Shown here piece by piece: positions 10,038 to 19,095 of a stretch of DNA of 32,000 nt (its first letter is position 1; every line of letters begins with the position of its first letter). The stretch lies in assembly GCF_000020385.1 (NCBI RefSeq), contig NC_010814.1, positions 540,001 through 572,000 of the forward strand, written 5' to 3'. A model generated the notes under the pieces. It saw nothing but the letters and a program-made list of their open reading frames with translations. It was not told the origin of the DNA and made no database searches. The DNA comes from Trichlorobacter lovleyi SZ. GTDB taxonomy: Bacteria > Desulfobacterota > Desulfuromonadia > Geobacterales > Pseudopelobacteraceae. A program made the translations under genes and the position numbers.

Positions 10038-12005
10038 CTACCGCAGTACCGCCTCGGCCATCACCTCTGCAATATCCTTCACCTGTACCTTTTCGGCCTT
10101 CAGGTCCTTGATGCCGTCATCCAGCATGGTCAGACAGTAGGGGCAGGCGGTACAGATTGTATCAGGCTGCTGCTCCAGTGCCTCGGCTGCCCGCACCAGG
10201 TTGATCCGGTCGCCGGTAAACTCTTCCATCCACATCCGGCCGCCACCGGCGCCGCAGCAGAAGCCGTCTTCACGGTTGCGGGGCATCTCCAGCGGCTCTG
10301 CACCGGTGGCAAGGGCCAATGCCTCGCGGGGCTCGTCGTAGATGTTGTTGTGGCGTCCCAGGTAGCAGGAATCATGGTAGACCAGCTTGCCCAGATCGGC
10401 CTGCTTGGGCAGCTTCAGGCGGCCATCCTGCACCAGATACAGCAGCAGCTGGCTGTGGTGGATCACCTCCAGTTCGATACCGTACTGCCTGTAGTCGTTT
10501 TTCAGGGTGGTCAGGCAGTGGGGGCACTGCACAATCACCTTCCTGATCCCCCGTTCCTTGAACAGGGCCACATTCTCCTTGGCCAGCTTGTCAAAGACAT
10601 ATTCATTGCCCAGTCTGCGCAGTGAGTCACCGCAGCATTTCTCATCCTTGCCCAGCATGCCCCAGGATACCCCGGCCTTGTCCAGCAACAGGGCGGTGGC
10701 CACGGTAATCTGCTTGGCCCGGGCATCAAAGGAACCGGCACAGCCGACATAGAAGAGGTACTCGGACTTGCCCGGTTCATAGGGGCGATCACCCAGCTGG
10801 CTGGCCCACTTGCCCCGCTCGGTGGGGGCGATGCCCCAGGGGTTGCTGCGTCCCTCCATGTTTTCAAACAGGTTCAGCAGCTCTTCCGGGAATTTTGACT
10901 CCATCTCAACCAGATGCCTGCGCAGCGGGATCAGCTTGGGCATCTGCTCAATAAAGACCGGGCAGGATTGCAGGCAGGCGCCGCAGGTGGTGCAGGCCCA
11001 GATCGCCTCTTCAGAGATGGAGGCGTCACCTTCGCCGATCAGGGGAGTGCCGGCTGGTTGCCCCTGTTTCAGCAGCGGACCGTTGGCCATCAGGTTGTGC
11101 TTGAGCTGGGCAATCACCCTGCGTGGATTCAGCGGCTTACCGGTCTGGTCTGCCGGACAGGCCATCTGGCAGCGGCCGCACTCGGTACAAGAGAAGGCGT
11201 CCAGCAGTTCTTTCCAGGTGTAGCCGTCAACCCGGTTAATCCCGAAGCTGTTGCCGGCGCTGAACTCTTCCCGCTCCGGCAGGGGCGGATGTTCGCGCCG
11301 CCGCAGAAACACGTTGGGGATGGCGGTGATGATATGGAAATGTTTGCTGAGCGGCAGCAGGTTCATGAACAGCAGCAGCACCAGGGCGTGGGTCCACCAG
11401 GAGAGGTCATGCACCAGCTTGCCGGCCCCGGAAGGCACATAGGGGGCAAACCAGCTGGAGATCGGCATGATGCTCTCTGCCAGCACCAGGGTGCTGCCCT
11501 GCATGCGGGAGATCTTGGCGGCGTTCACGCCGAAGTTTGCCAGCATCAGGGTGGCGATCAGAAACAGGATGAAGAACGCCTCAAAGGTCCGGGCCTCGGG
11601 ATAGGGAGGGGCCACCAGCCGTCTGATGGCAGCAGCTGTCACAGCCAGCAGGGTAATCAGTGAGACCACGTCAATCATCTGCATCAGCGGCATGAAGATG
11701 CCGTCCGGCAGCCTGGTGAAGTTGACGGCTGGAAACAGACCGTGCAGCAGGAATTCGGTGTTGGCAATCATCAGGACCAGGAAACACCAGAAGATGGCCA
11801 CATGGATCAGGCCGGACGGCTTGGCCAGCACCCGCTTCTGGGCAAAGGCGTAACTCAGGGTGTCGCCGATCCGCTGGCCGATGTTGTCCAGCCGTTCTTC
11901 AGGGCGTCCCAGGGCGGTCAGTGAGAGTCGTTTCCAGCAGCTCCAGACAAACAGGGCCGTGGCGGCAATAAAGAGTGGTGCGAAAATGGTCGGGGTTGGT
12001 GTCAT
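10038..12005 (-). CDS. Membrane-anchored FeS oxidoreductase (N-terminal multi-helix membrane domain + 2x[4Fe-4S] + two CCG/HdrD-GlpC-like domains), Etf-associated
   Basis: 655-aa ORF. About 5-6 hydrophobic helices in the first 230 aa. Ferredoxin motifs CTECGRCQMACP and CTTCGACLQSCP. CCG motifs KCCGDS and FCCGAGGG. The start overlaps the etfA stop. Confidence 0.85.
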   Translation of the reverse strand: MTPTPTIFAPLFIAATALFVWSCWKRLSLTALGRPEERLDNIGQRIGDTLSYAFAQKRVLAKPSGLIHVAIFWCFLVLMIANTEFLLHGLFPAVNFTRLPDGIFMPLMQMIDVVSLITLLAVTAAAIRRLVAPPYPEARTFEAFFILFLIATLMLANFGVNAAKISRMQGSTLVLAESIMPISSWFAPYVPSGAGKLVHDLSWWTHALVLLLFMNLLPLSKHFHIITAIPNVFLRRREHPPLPEREEFSAGNSFGINRVDGYTWKELLDAFSCTECGRCQMACPADQTGKPLNPRRVIAQLKHNLMANGPLLKQGQPAGTPLIGEGDASISEEAIWACTTCGACLQSCPVFIEQMPKLIPLRRHLVEMESKFPEELLNLFENMEGRSNPWGIAPTERGKWASQLGDRPYEPGKSEYLFYVGCAGSFDARAKQITVATALLLDKAGVSWGMLGKDEKCCGDSLRRLGNEYVFDKLAKENVALFKERGIRKVIVQCPHCLTTLKNDYRQYGIELEVIHHSQLLLYLVQDGRLKLPKQADLGKLVYHDSCYLGRHNNIYDEPREALALATGAEPLEMPRNREDGFCCGAGGGRMWMEEFTGDRINLVRAAEALEQQPDTICTACPYCLTMLDDGIKDLKAEKVQVKDIAEVMAEAVLR

Positions 12006-13333
12006 GGTTTTTTGCCTCGTGTTTTCAGCTCACGAATTTTACGCGTCAGGACGGGTACAATCTGGAACAGATCGCCGACAATGCCGTAATGGGCCACTTC
12101 AAAAATCGGTGCATCCTTGTCCCGGTTGATGGCGATGATCAGATCGGCATCCTGCATCCCCACCAGGTGCTGAATAGCACCTGAAATGCCGCAGGCAATA
12201 TAGATCTTGGGGCGCACGGTCTTGCCGGTCTGGCCGACTTGCCGGTCGTGGGGCATCCAGCCCGCATCCACTGCAGAACGGGAAGCCCCCACCACACCGT
12301 TCAGCTCTTTGGCCAGCTCTTCCAGCATGGCGAAGTTTTCCGGTCCCATCATGCCCCGCCCGCCGGAGATGATGAATTCGGCACCGCCGATATCCACCTT
12401 GTGCTTGCTGTCGCCGTCGCGGATAATTTCAAGCACCTTTGCCAGTACCTGATCTTCCGGGGTGGTAAAGGCATCCCGGATAATCTGGCCGGTGGCCTCC
12501 GGCAGCGGTTCGGGCATCTGCATCACATGGGGCCGGACCGTGGACATCTGGGGCCGGTATTTGTCGCACATGATGGTGGCCATGATATTGCCGCCAAAGG
12601 CGGGACGGGTCTGCATCAGGTTGCGTTTGTCGTCAATATCCAGGCCGGTACAGTCAGCGGTCAGGCCGGTGCCGACCCTGGTGGCCACTGCCCCGGCCAG
12701 GTCGCGTCCCATGCCGGTGGCCCCCATCAGGATCACCTCGGGTTTGTGCTGCTCAATCAGGTGGCACATCGCTTCCAGGTAAGACTGGGTGCGGTAATCG
12801 CCATAGAGCGGTGCATCCAGCAGATAGGCCTTTTCTGCGCCGTATTTGAAAGCTTCGTGGCAGAGCGGCTCAACCTTGTGGCCGATTACCACGGCACACA
12901 GTTCGACTCCCAGCTTGGCAGCCAGCTCCTTGCCCTTGCCCAACAGCTCCCAGGATACCTTGGCCGCCTCACCGTCGGTCTGTTCGATAAAGACCCAGAC
13001 CCCGCGGTATTGGGCCTGCATCCGGGCAATGGCAGCCGCCTCCGGATCCTCTTCTTCCGCTATGGGCGCGCTACCTGCTGCTGCCAGCTGTTCGAGGATC
13101 TTCTGCTCTTCAGGGGTGAAGAACATTTCAAGTGCCTGGGCCGGACAGACCTTGACGCACTTGAGGCAGCCGATACACTTTTCTGTATCAACTACCGGTT
13201 CACCGGCTTCATTCATACTGATGCAGTTGACCGGGCAGGAACTTTCACAGCGGGCGCCGCAGGCAATACACTTGCCTTCCAGCAGGCGGGCGCGTCCGCG
13301 GGGTTTTTTGATCTTTGGTGTGTTTTCACTCAT
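12002..13333 (-). CDS. etfA: Electron transfer flavoprotein alpha subunit with N-terminal 2x[4Fe-4S] ferredoxin domain
   Basis: 443-aa ORF. N-terminal motifs CIACGARCESSCP and CIGCLKCVKVCP. EtfA core with GGRG.. and the C-terminal FAD-binding signature PKIYIACGISGAIQHLVGM. Overlaps both neighbours by 4 nt. Confidence 0.9.
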   Translation of the reverse strand: MSENTPKIKKPRGRARLLEGKCIACGARCESSCPVNCISMNEAGEPVVDTEKCIGCLKCVKVCPAQALEMFFTPEEQKILEQLAAAGSAPIAEEEDPEAAAIARMQAQYRGVWVFIEQTDGEAAKVSWELLGKGKELAAKLGVELCAVVIGHKVEPLCHEAFKYGAEKAYLLDAPLYGDYRTQSYLEAMCHLIEQHKPEVILMGATGMGRDLAGAVATRVGTGLTADCTGLDIDDKRNLMQTRPAFGGNIMATIMCDKYRPQMSTVRPHVMQMPEPLPEATGQIIRDAFTTPEDQVLAKVLEIIRDGDSKHKVDIGGAEFIISGGRGMMGPENFAMLEELAKELNGVVGASRSAVDAGWMPHDRQVGQTGKTVRPKIYIACGISGAIQHLVGMQDADLIIAINRDKDAPIFEVAHYGIVGDLFQIVPVLTRKIRELKTRGKKP

Positions 13334-14145
13334 AGTGGTAGCAGATCCTTTTCCATCAGTTTACCCAGCAATAAATCAACCGTTCCCTCCGGATCGGCAT
13401 AGCCGTCCCCTACAATTTCACCCTTGTCGCGTTCCGGTGAGAAGATCTTGGATACCCAGGTGGGGGAGCCCTTCAGACCAATGGTCTGGGGATCGAGTTG
13501 CAATACTTCGTTATTCCAGACCTCAACCTCTGCGGTCGCAGCAGCCAGGCGCATCGGTACGGTGGGATAGCGGGGACGGTTCAGTTCCCGCACGACGGTC
13601 AGCATGGCCGGCAGGGGCGCCTGCACCCGCTCATGCCGGCCTTCCAGCTTGCGGCTGACCACCAGCTTCTTATTGGTCAGGTCCAGTTCTTCCACCTTGT
13701 CCACCAGGGTCAGTTGTTGGTAGCCCAGGCGGACGGCAATGCCCGGGCCGACCTGTGCGGTGTCGCCGTCAATGGTCTGCTTGCCGCAGATGACCAGCCC
13801 CACCGGTTCAACCTCCGCATTCAGCTTGGCTATGGCTGCTGCCAGCACCTTGCTGGTGGCCAGGGTGTCGGCCCCGCCAAAGACGCGGTCGGACAGCAGG
13901 ATGGCACGATCAACGCCGGCAGACAGCGCCTTGCGCAGGGTTGCCTCTGCGTTGGGTGGTCCCATGGAAAGCACTGCAACCCGGCAGCCGAACTGGTCTT
14001 TCAGTTGCAGCGCGGCTTCCATGGCGTGGGTATCGTAGGGGTTCATGATGAAGGGGATCCCTTCACGTATCAGGGTGTTGGTAACCGGGTCTATCTTGAC
14101 TTGGGTCGTATCAGGGACTTGTTTGATACAGGCTACTATCAACAT
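13330..14145 (-). CDS. etfB: Electron transfer flavoprotein beta subunit
   Basis: The start is moved to MLIVACIKQVPDTTQ (ATG 14145), which has AGAGGA 6 nt upstream. This is the typical EtfB N-terminus (VCIKQVPD). The track start at 14172 adds 9 unsupported residues. Confidence 0.9.
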   Translation of the reverse strand: MLIVACIKQVPDTTQVKIDPVTNTLIREGIPFIMNPYDTHAMEAALQLKDQFGCRVAVLSMGPPNAEATLRKALSAGVDRAILLSDRVFGGADTLATSKVLAAAIAKLNAEVEPVGLVICGKQTIDGDTAQVGPGIAVRLGYQQLTLVDKVEELDLTNKKLVVSRKLEGRHERVQAPLPAMLTVVRELNRPRYPTVPMRLAAATAEVEVWNNEVLQLDPQTIGLKGSPTWVSKIFSPERDKGEIVGDGYADPEGTVDLLLGKLMEKDLLPL

Positions 14146-14448
14146 GTGATTCCTCTTTGTGCCAAAAAACAAGGCATTTTGTGGTATGTGTCAAAATTTT
14201 AAACAATAGCAGATCTACATACTGCATCAAAAAAAATCATGCAAGTGCTAATAGCCTGAATTTACTGAGGCTGTAGCGCATGTAGTGAGAGCAAATGTGT
14301 TGATATTGCACCTTGTTATGTGTTGTAGCGACACACATTGGCTCGGTACAGGGGTGTGATTTATGTCGTCTTGAACTGCTGTTTTGGCTAATATGTCTGC
14401 TTTTTGTGCAATGATTGCTGCTGTATTGTATATTTAATATGCATATGA

Positions 14449-15876
<1,428 letters not shown>

Positions 15877-15902
15877 AGTTCTCCTTGCAGATTCTGTTCT
15901 CC

Positions 15903-15931
15903 CTCTAGCCCAGCCCACAGCTGGGCTAGAG
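15903..15931 (+). terminator. Hairpin downstream of gdhA (candidate intrinsic terminator)
   Basis: 12-bp perfect stem CTCTAGCCCAGC / GCTGGGCTAGAG with loop CCACA, followed by CTGTATTGG (only a weak T-run). Confidence 0.5.
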
Positions 15932-15974
15932 CTGTATTGGCAGGAATGACAAAAACATGCACCACGAGGTTGGT

Positions 15975-17198
15975 ATGGCATCTGTTGTTCAAAAATATGG
16001 CGGCTCCGCAGTTACCTCTCCGGAGCAGATCAGGAAGATCGCCGAGCGGATCATTCAGTCCTACAACGACCGGAATGATGTGGTGGTGGTCATCTCGGCA
16101 CGGGCAGGTGAAACCAACCGCCTGATTGAGATGGCCCAGGAGATGTGCCCGCGCCAGACCGGCAGTGAATATGATCTGCTGATCTCCGCCGGGGAGCAGG
16201 TCTCGATCGGTCTGCTGGCGCTCTGTATCAGCTCCCTGGGCTACAAGGTCAGGACCTATCTGGGCTGGCAGGTGCCGATCATCACCGATTCGCTGCATAC
16301 CAGGGCCTCCATAGAATATATTGATCCGGCAAAAATAAGGGCAGACCTCAACCATGGTGCCATTGTGCTGGTTGCCGGATTCCAGGGGATTGACCGCAGC
16401 GGCACCATTACCACCCTGGGGCGGGGCGGTGGTGACACCTCTGCCGTTGCCCTGGCCCACGCACTGGGAGCAGAGGTGTGTGAACTGTACTCGGATGTTG
16501 ACGGCATCTTTACTGCAGACCCGGCGATCTGCGATGATGCCCGCAAGATTGAGAAGATTTCCTACGATGAGATGCTGGAACTGGCCAGCCAGGGGGCTCG
16601 GGGCGTCCAGATCCGCGCCATTGAGTACGCAAAGAAGCACAACGTGACCATTCATGTCCGCTCGGCATTCACTGCTGAACGGGGCACCCTGGTCGTAAAG
16701 GAGCATATGCCTATGGAAGGTGTGGTTGTTACCGGGATTGTGGCAGACAAGAATGAGGCAAAGATCGCGGTACTCGGTGTGCCCGACAAGCCGGGCAGTG
16801 CCGCAAAGATCCTGACCGGTCTGGCTGATAAGGATATTTCAGTTGATATGATTGTCCAGAACGTGGGACAGGATGGTCTGGCTGATATCACCTTCTCCAT
16901 CTCAAAGACCGATCTTGAAAAGGCGCACCAGATCACCACCCAGATCGCCAAAGAGGTCAATGCGCGTGAGGTGCTTGCCGACCGCAACATCAGCAAGGTC
17001 TCGATTGTCGGTCTGGGGATGAAGAACCACGCCGGCGTGGCAGCCCGGATGTTTACCGCACTGGCCTACAACAACATTAATATTCAGATGATCTCCACCT
17101 CGGAAATCAAGGTCTCGGTGGCCATTGAAGAAAAGTACACCGAGCTTGCCGTGCGGGTGCTGCATGAGGCGTTCAAGGTGGATCAGTGCAGCGAGTGA
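15975..17198 (+). CDS. lysC: Aspartate kinase (monofunctional, two C-terminal ACT domains)
   Basis: Start at ATG 15975 (MASVVQKYGGSAV) with GAGG upstream. Kinase motifs KYGGS, VVVISA. ACT region from EGVVVTGIVADKNEAKIAVLGVPDKPG. An in-frame internal SD + ATG lies at 16698-16715 (see findings). Confidence 0.92.
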   Translation: MASVVQKYGGSAVTSPEQIRKIAERIIQSYNDRNDVVVVISARAGETNRLIEMAQEMCPRQTGSEYDLLISAGEQVSIGLLALCISSLGYKVRTYLGWQVPIITDSLHTRASIEYIDPAKIRADLNHGAIVLVAGFQGIDRSGTITTLGRGGGDTSAVALAHALGAEVCELYSDVDGIFTADPAICDDARKIEKISYDEMLELASQGARGVQIRAIEYAKKHNVTIHVRSAFTAERGTLVVKEHMPMEGVVVTGIVADKNEAKIAVLGVPDKPGSAAKILTGLADKDISVDMIVQNVGQDGLADITFSISKTDLEKAHQITTQIAKEVNAREVLADRNISKVSIVGLGMKNHAGVAARMFTALAYNNINIQMISTSEIKVSVAIEEKYTELAVRVLHEAFKVDQCSE

Positions 17199-17220
17199 TG
17201 GGGGCTGGTGCTTGAAACGG

Positions 17221-17430
17221 CAGCTGCTCACGCGGAGCCCGCGGAGAAAAACCAGCATAGTACGTTAAACCTGGAAAAAGCAGTTACCCACGAAGTGCGC
17301 GAAGAAACACCAAGAAAACCAGATTGTTTAGGCCAAGACGGCAACAACCTTTTGGGTGAATCATCTGTATTCTGTAACCTGTTGAATCTTCGTGAAACTT
17401 CGTGCCCTTGGTGGATATGAACGATTGTTT
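17221..17430. repeat. Structured, non-coding intergenic stretch with short GC-rich inverted/direct words (REP-like)
   Basis: Lies between convergent lysC and the rSAM gene. Words CACGCGGAGCCCGCGGAG, AGTACGT, CACGAAGTGCGCGAAG, CTTCGTGAAACTTCGTGCCCTTGGTG, with complementary pairs CACGAAGT/ACTTCGTG and CACCAAG/CTTGGTG. The ORFs here (17208-17420, 17228-17602) look spurious. Confidence 0.3.
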
Positions 17431-17489
17431 TTTGTGATCTCTGCATTCTTTGGCGGCTAAAAGCTTTTCTGGTAGTAGTGTTATTTCCG

Positions 17490-18794
17490 TCAGCAGGCTG
17501 GTTGCAAATCAGACATCCGTACCCCCAAATCCTGCAGTACCAACCGTTCCAGCGAGGCGTCCAGCATGGCACGATGGCAATCCACCGTGTCAATAGCACC
17601 ATTTTTTTGCAGCGTCAGTAGTCGGCAGCCGCCAAAACAGAGCGGCAGGTAGGCGCAGTCCAGGCATTCATCATTCTTCCAGATATCCAGCCGGTGTGAT
17701 GCGTGGTAATCACCCAACCCGTCGGCCAAGGTGCCGACGCAGAACTCCGGCCAGCCCATCAGGCTTGGGCATTTGTACAGGCTGCCGTCATAGTTGACCA
17801 CCAGGGTCTGCTCCAGATCGATCATGCAGATGCCCATCTGCAGCTTTTCCACCGTAAAACCTCGCCGCAGTATTTCTTCCCTCAGAAACAGGTTTGCCTC
17901 AATCAGCCACGGTTCGTTGGCAAGGACACAGGCTGCAGCATGGGGATCAAACAGGCCGGATTTGGGGTGGATCGGCGAAAATTGCACCGGTCCCAGTTGC
18001 GCCGGATCAAGACCGGCCTCCAGCAGCAGGTCCAGCATTTCCGGGAAACGGCGGTAATTGTCGCGGGTAAAGTTACCACCCGGTTTGATGGTGACCAGAT
18101 CGTACACCGCTGTGAGATTGTCGATGATGGTCTTGAAACTTCCCTTGCCTGATACAAACGGACGCTGCCGGTCGTGAGTCTCCGGCGGGCCGTCCAGGGT
18201 AATGACGGCACTCTTCAGGCCAAGGGGCAGCAGCTCTTCCACCACAGCCCGTGTCAGCAGGGTGGCGTTGGTAACCAGGCTGAATGAAAAGGTTCTACCT
18301 CGGTTTGCAGCCGCTGCCAGCAGCGGGGTGGCAATTCCCTTCAGTCGCGTGGTTGCCATCAGCGGCTCACCGCCGTAAAAACGTAGTTCAACATTACGCC
18401 CCTGATCAAGCTGCTCTCTGATGAGGTAATCAACCAGAATTCTGCCGGTTTCCTCACTCATCTCCTGGCCGTCCCGGAACGGCTCCTCAAAACAGTAGGG
18501 ACAAGCCAGGTTGCAGGCCAGGGTCAGTACCACCGTGGCGGAAAAGAGCGGGGTATGGGCATTGGTGTGATCAATAATGGCTGCCATTTTGCTACGCTCA
18601 GCCTCAAGGTCATCGGTCCAGAGCTGAAGCTGCTGCAGGGTGGCGCGTTCTTCAGGGGAAAGGGTGTTGTTTGCAATGGAGGTCAACAGCTGCTCAGGTA
18701 CCCTGACCACGGACCCCTTGCGGGTGGAGTAGAGGATGACGAAACCGGGCCGCTGCGGGTCGGGAAATGTGATGACATAGCGGGAAAACGGCAT
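17490..18794 (-). CDS. Radical SAM / SPASM-domain peptide-modifying enzyme (RiPP maturase candidate; possible N-terminal RRE-like domain)
   Basis: CX3CX2C motif LACNLACPYCFE about 100 aa from the N-terminus. C-terminal SPASM-type cysteines (YKCPSLMGWPEFCVG ... ECLDCAYLPLCFGGCRLL). The start is reassigned to ATG 18794 (MPFSRYVITF) with AGGAG at 18807-18803, 8 nt upstream. The track start at 18914 would overlap the upstream peptide gene and has no RBS. Confidence 0.85.
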   Translation of the reverse strand: MPFSRYVITFPDPQRPGFVILYSTRKGSVVRVPEQLLTSIANNTLSPEERATLQQLQLWTDDLEAERSKMAAIIDHTNAHTPLFSATVVLTLACNLACPYCFEEPFRDGQEMSEETGRILVDYLIREQLDQGRNVELRFYGGEPLMATTRLKGIATPLLAAAANRGRTFSFSLVTNATLLTRAVVEELLPLGLKSAVITLDGPPETHDRQRPFVSGKGSFKTIIDNLTAVYDLVTIKPGGNFTRDNYRRFPEMLDLLLEAGLDPAQLGPVQFSPIHPKSGLFDPHAAACVLANEPWLIEANLFLREEILRRGFTVEKLQMGICMIDLEQTLVVNYDGSLYKCPSLMGWPEFCVGTLADGLGDYHASHRLDIWKNDECLDCAYLPLCFGGCRLLTLQKNGAIDTVDCHRAMLDASLERLVLQDLGVRMSDLQPAC

Positions 18795-18813
18795 GGAATA
18801 GTCTCCTGAGAAT

Positions 18814-18842
18814 GTGAATGGGGAGCAAAACTCCCCATTCAC
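18814..18842 (-). promoter_or_regulatory. Intercistronic stem-loop between precursor ORF and maturase gene
   Basis: 12-bp perfect stem (plus strand GTGAATGGGGAG 18814-18825 / CTCCCCATTCAC 18831-18842) with a 5-nt loop. It starts 17 nt after the peptide stop and ends just before the maturase SD. Confidence 0.6.
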
Positions 18843-18859
18843 ATAACTTCCGTTGTTAC

Positions 18860-18949
18860 TTACTTGCGGGTACTGCTGGTACCGCCTGTGCAGCAGGATG
18901 CTACCATCTGACACTCTTCCATTCCCTGATTCAGCACTTCAATTGCCAT
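18860..18949 (-). CDS. 29-aa candidate RiPP precursor peptide MAIEVLNQGMEECQMVASCCTGGTSSTRK
   Basis: Hand translation of the minus strand: ATG at 18949-18947, GGAGA at 18960-18956 (6-nt spacer), TAA at 18862-18860. It is below the ORF-track size cutoff. The core-like C-terminus is rich in Cys/Gly/Thr/Ser, and the ORF lies directly upstream of, and co-oriented with, the rSAM/SPASM gene. Confidence 0.7.
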   Translation of the reverse strand: MAIEVLNQGMEECQMVASCCTGGTSSTRK

Positions 18950-19095
18950 AACACATCTCCATTGAATATGATTCCATCTGCTGACAGATGGATAAACAGG
19001 GTGTTTACCCTAGACGGACTGCAAATATTTTGCTAGTAAGAATTTGCTACAAAATTGCATCTGATGATTAGCCAACGAAATCGGGGAGCACACGC

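Noticed and set aside
14385-14400. A sigma-54-like TGGCTA-N-TGC motif upstream of gdhA.
   Set aside because: The GG to GC spacing is one nucleotide too long (GC at 14399-14400 rather than 14398-14399). -24/-12 promoters tolerate essentially no spacing change.
14393-14437. A 14-codon hydrophobic mini-ORF (MSAFCAMIAAVLYI) in the gdhA/etfB intergenic region.
   Set aside because: There is no SD-like sequence upstream and no supporting context. It is most likely a chance ORF in AT-rich DNA.
18795-18914. The 40-codon N-terminal extension of the radical SAM ORF (track start 18914, MSDGSILLHRRYQQ...).
   Set aside because: There is no SD before 18914. It overlaps the 3' half of the better-supported peptide ORF in another frame and reads through the intercistronic hairpin. 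ATG 18794 has a canonical AGGAG-N8 context.
18950-19095. A Fur box or cobalamin riboswitch upstream of the TonB-dependent receptor.
   Set aside because: TGATGATTAG only weakly resembles the Fur consensus. The leader is too short (146 bp shared with a divergent gene), and I saw no B12-box-like sequence.
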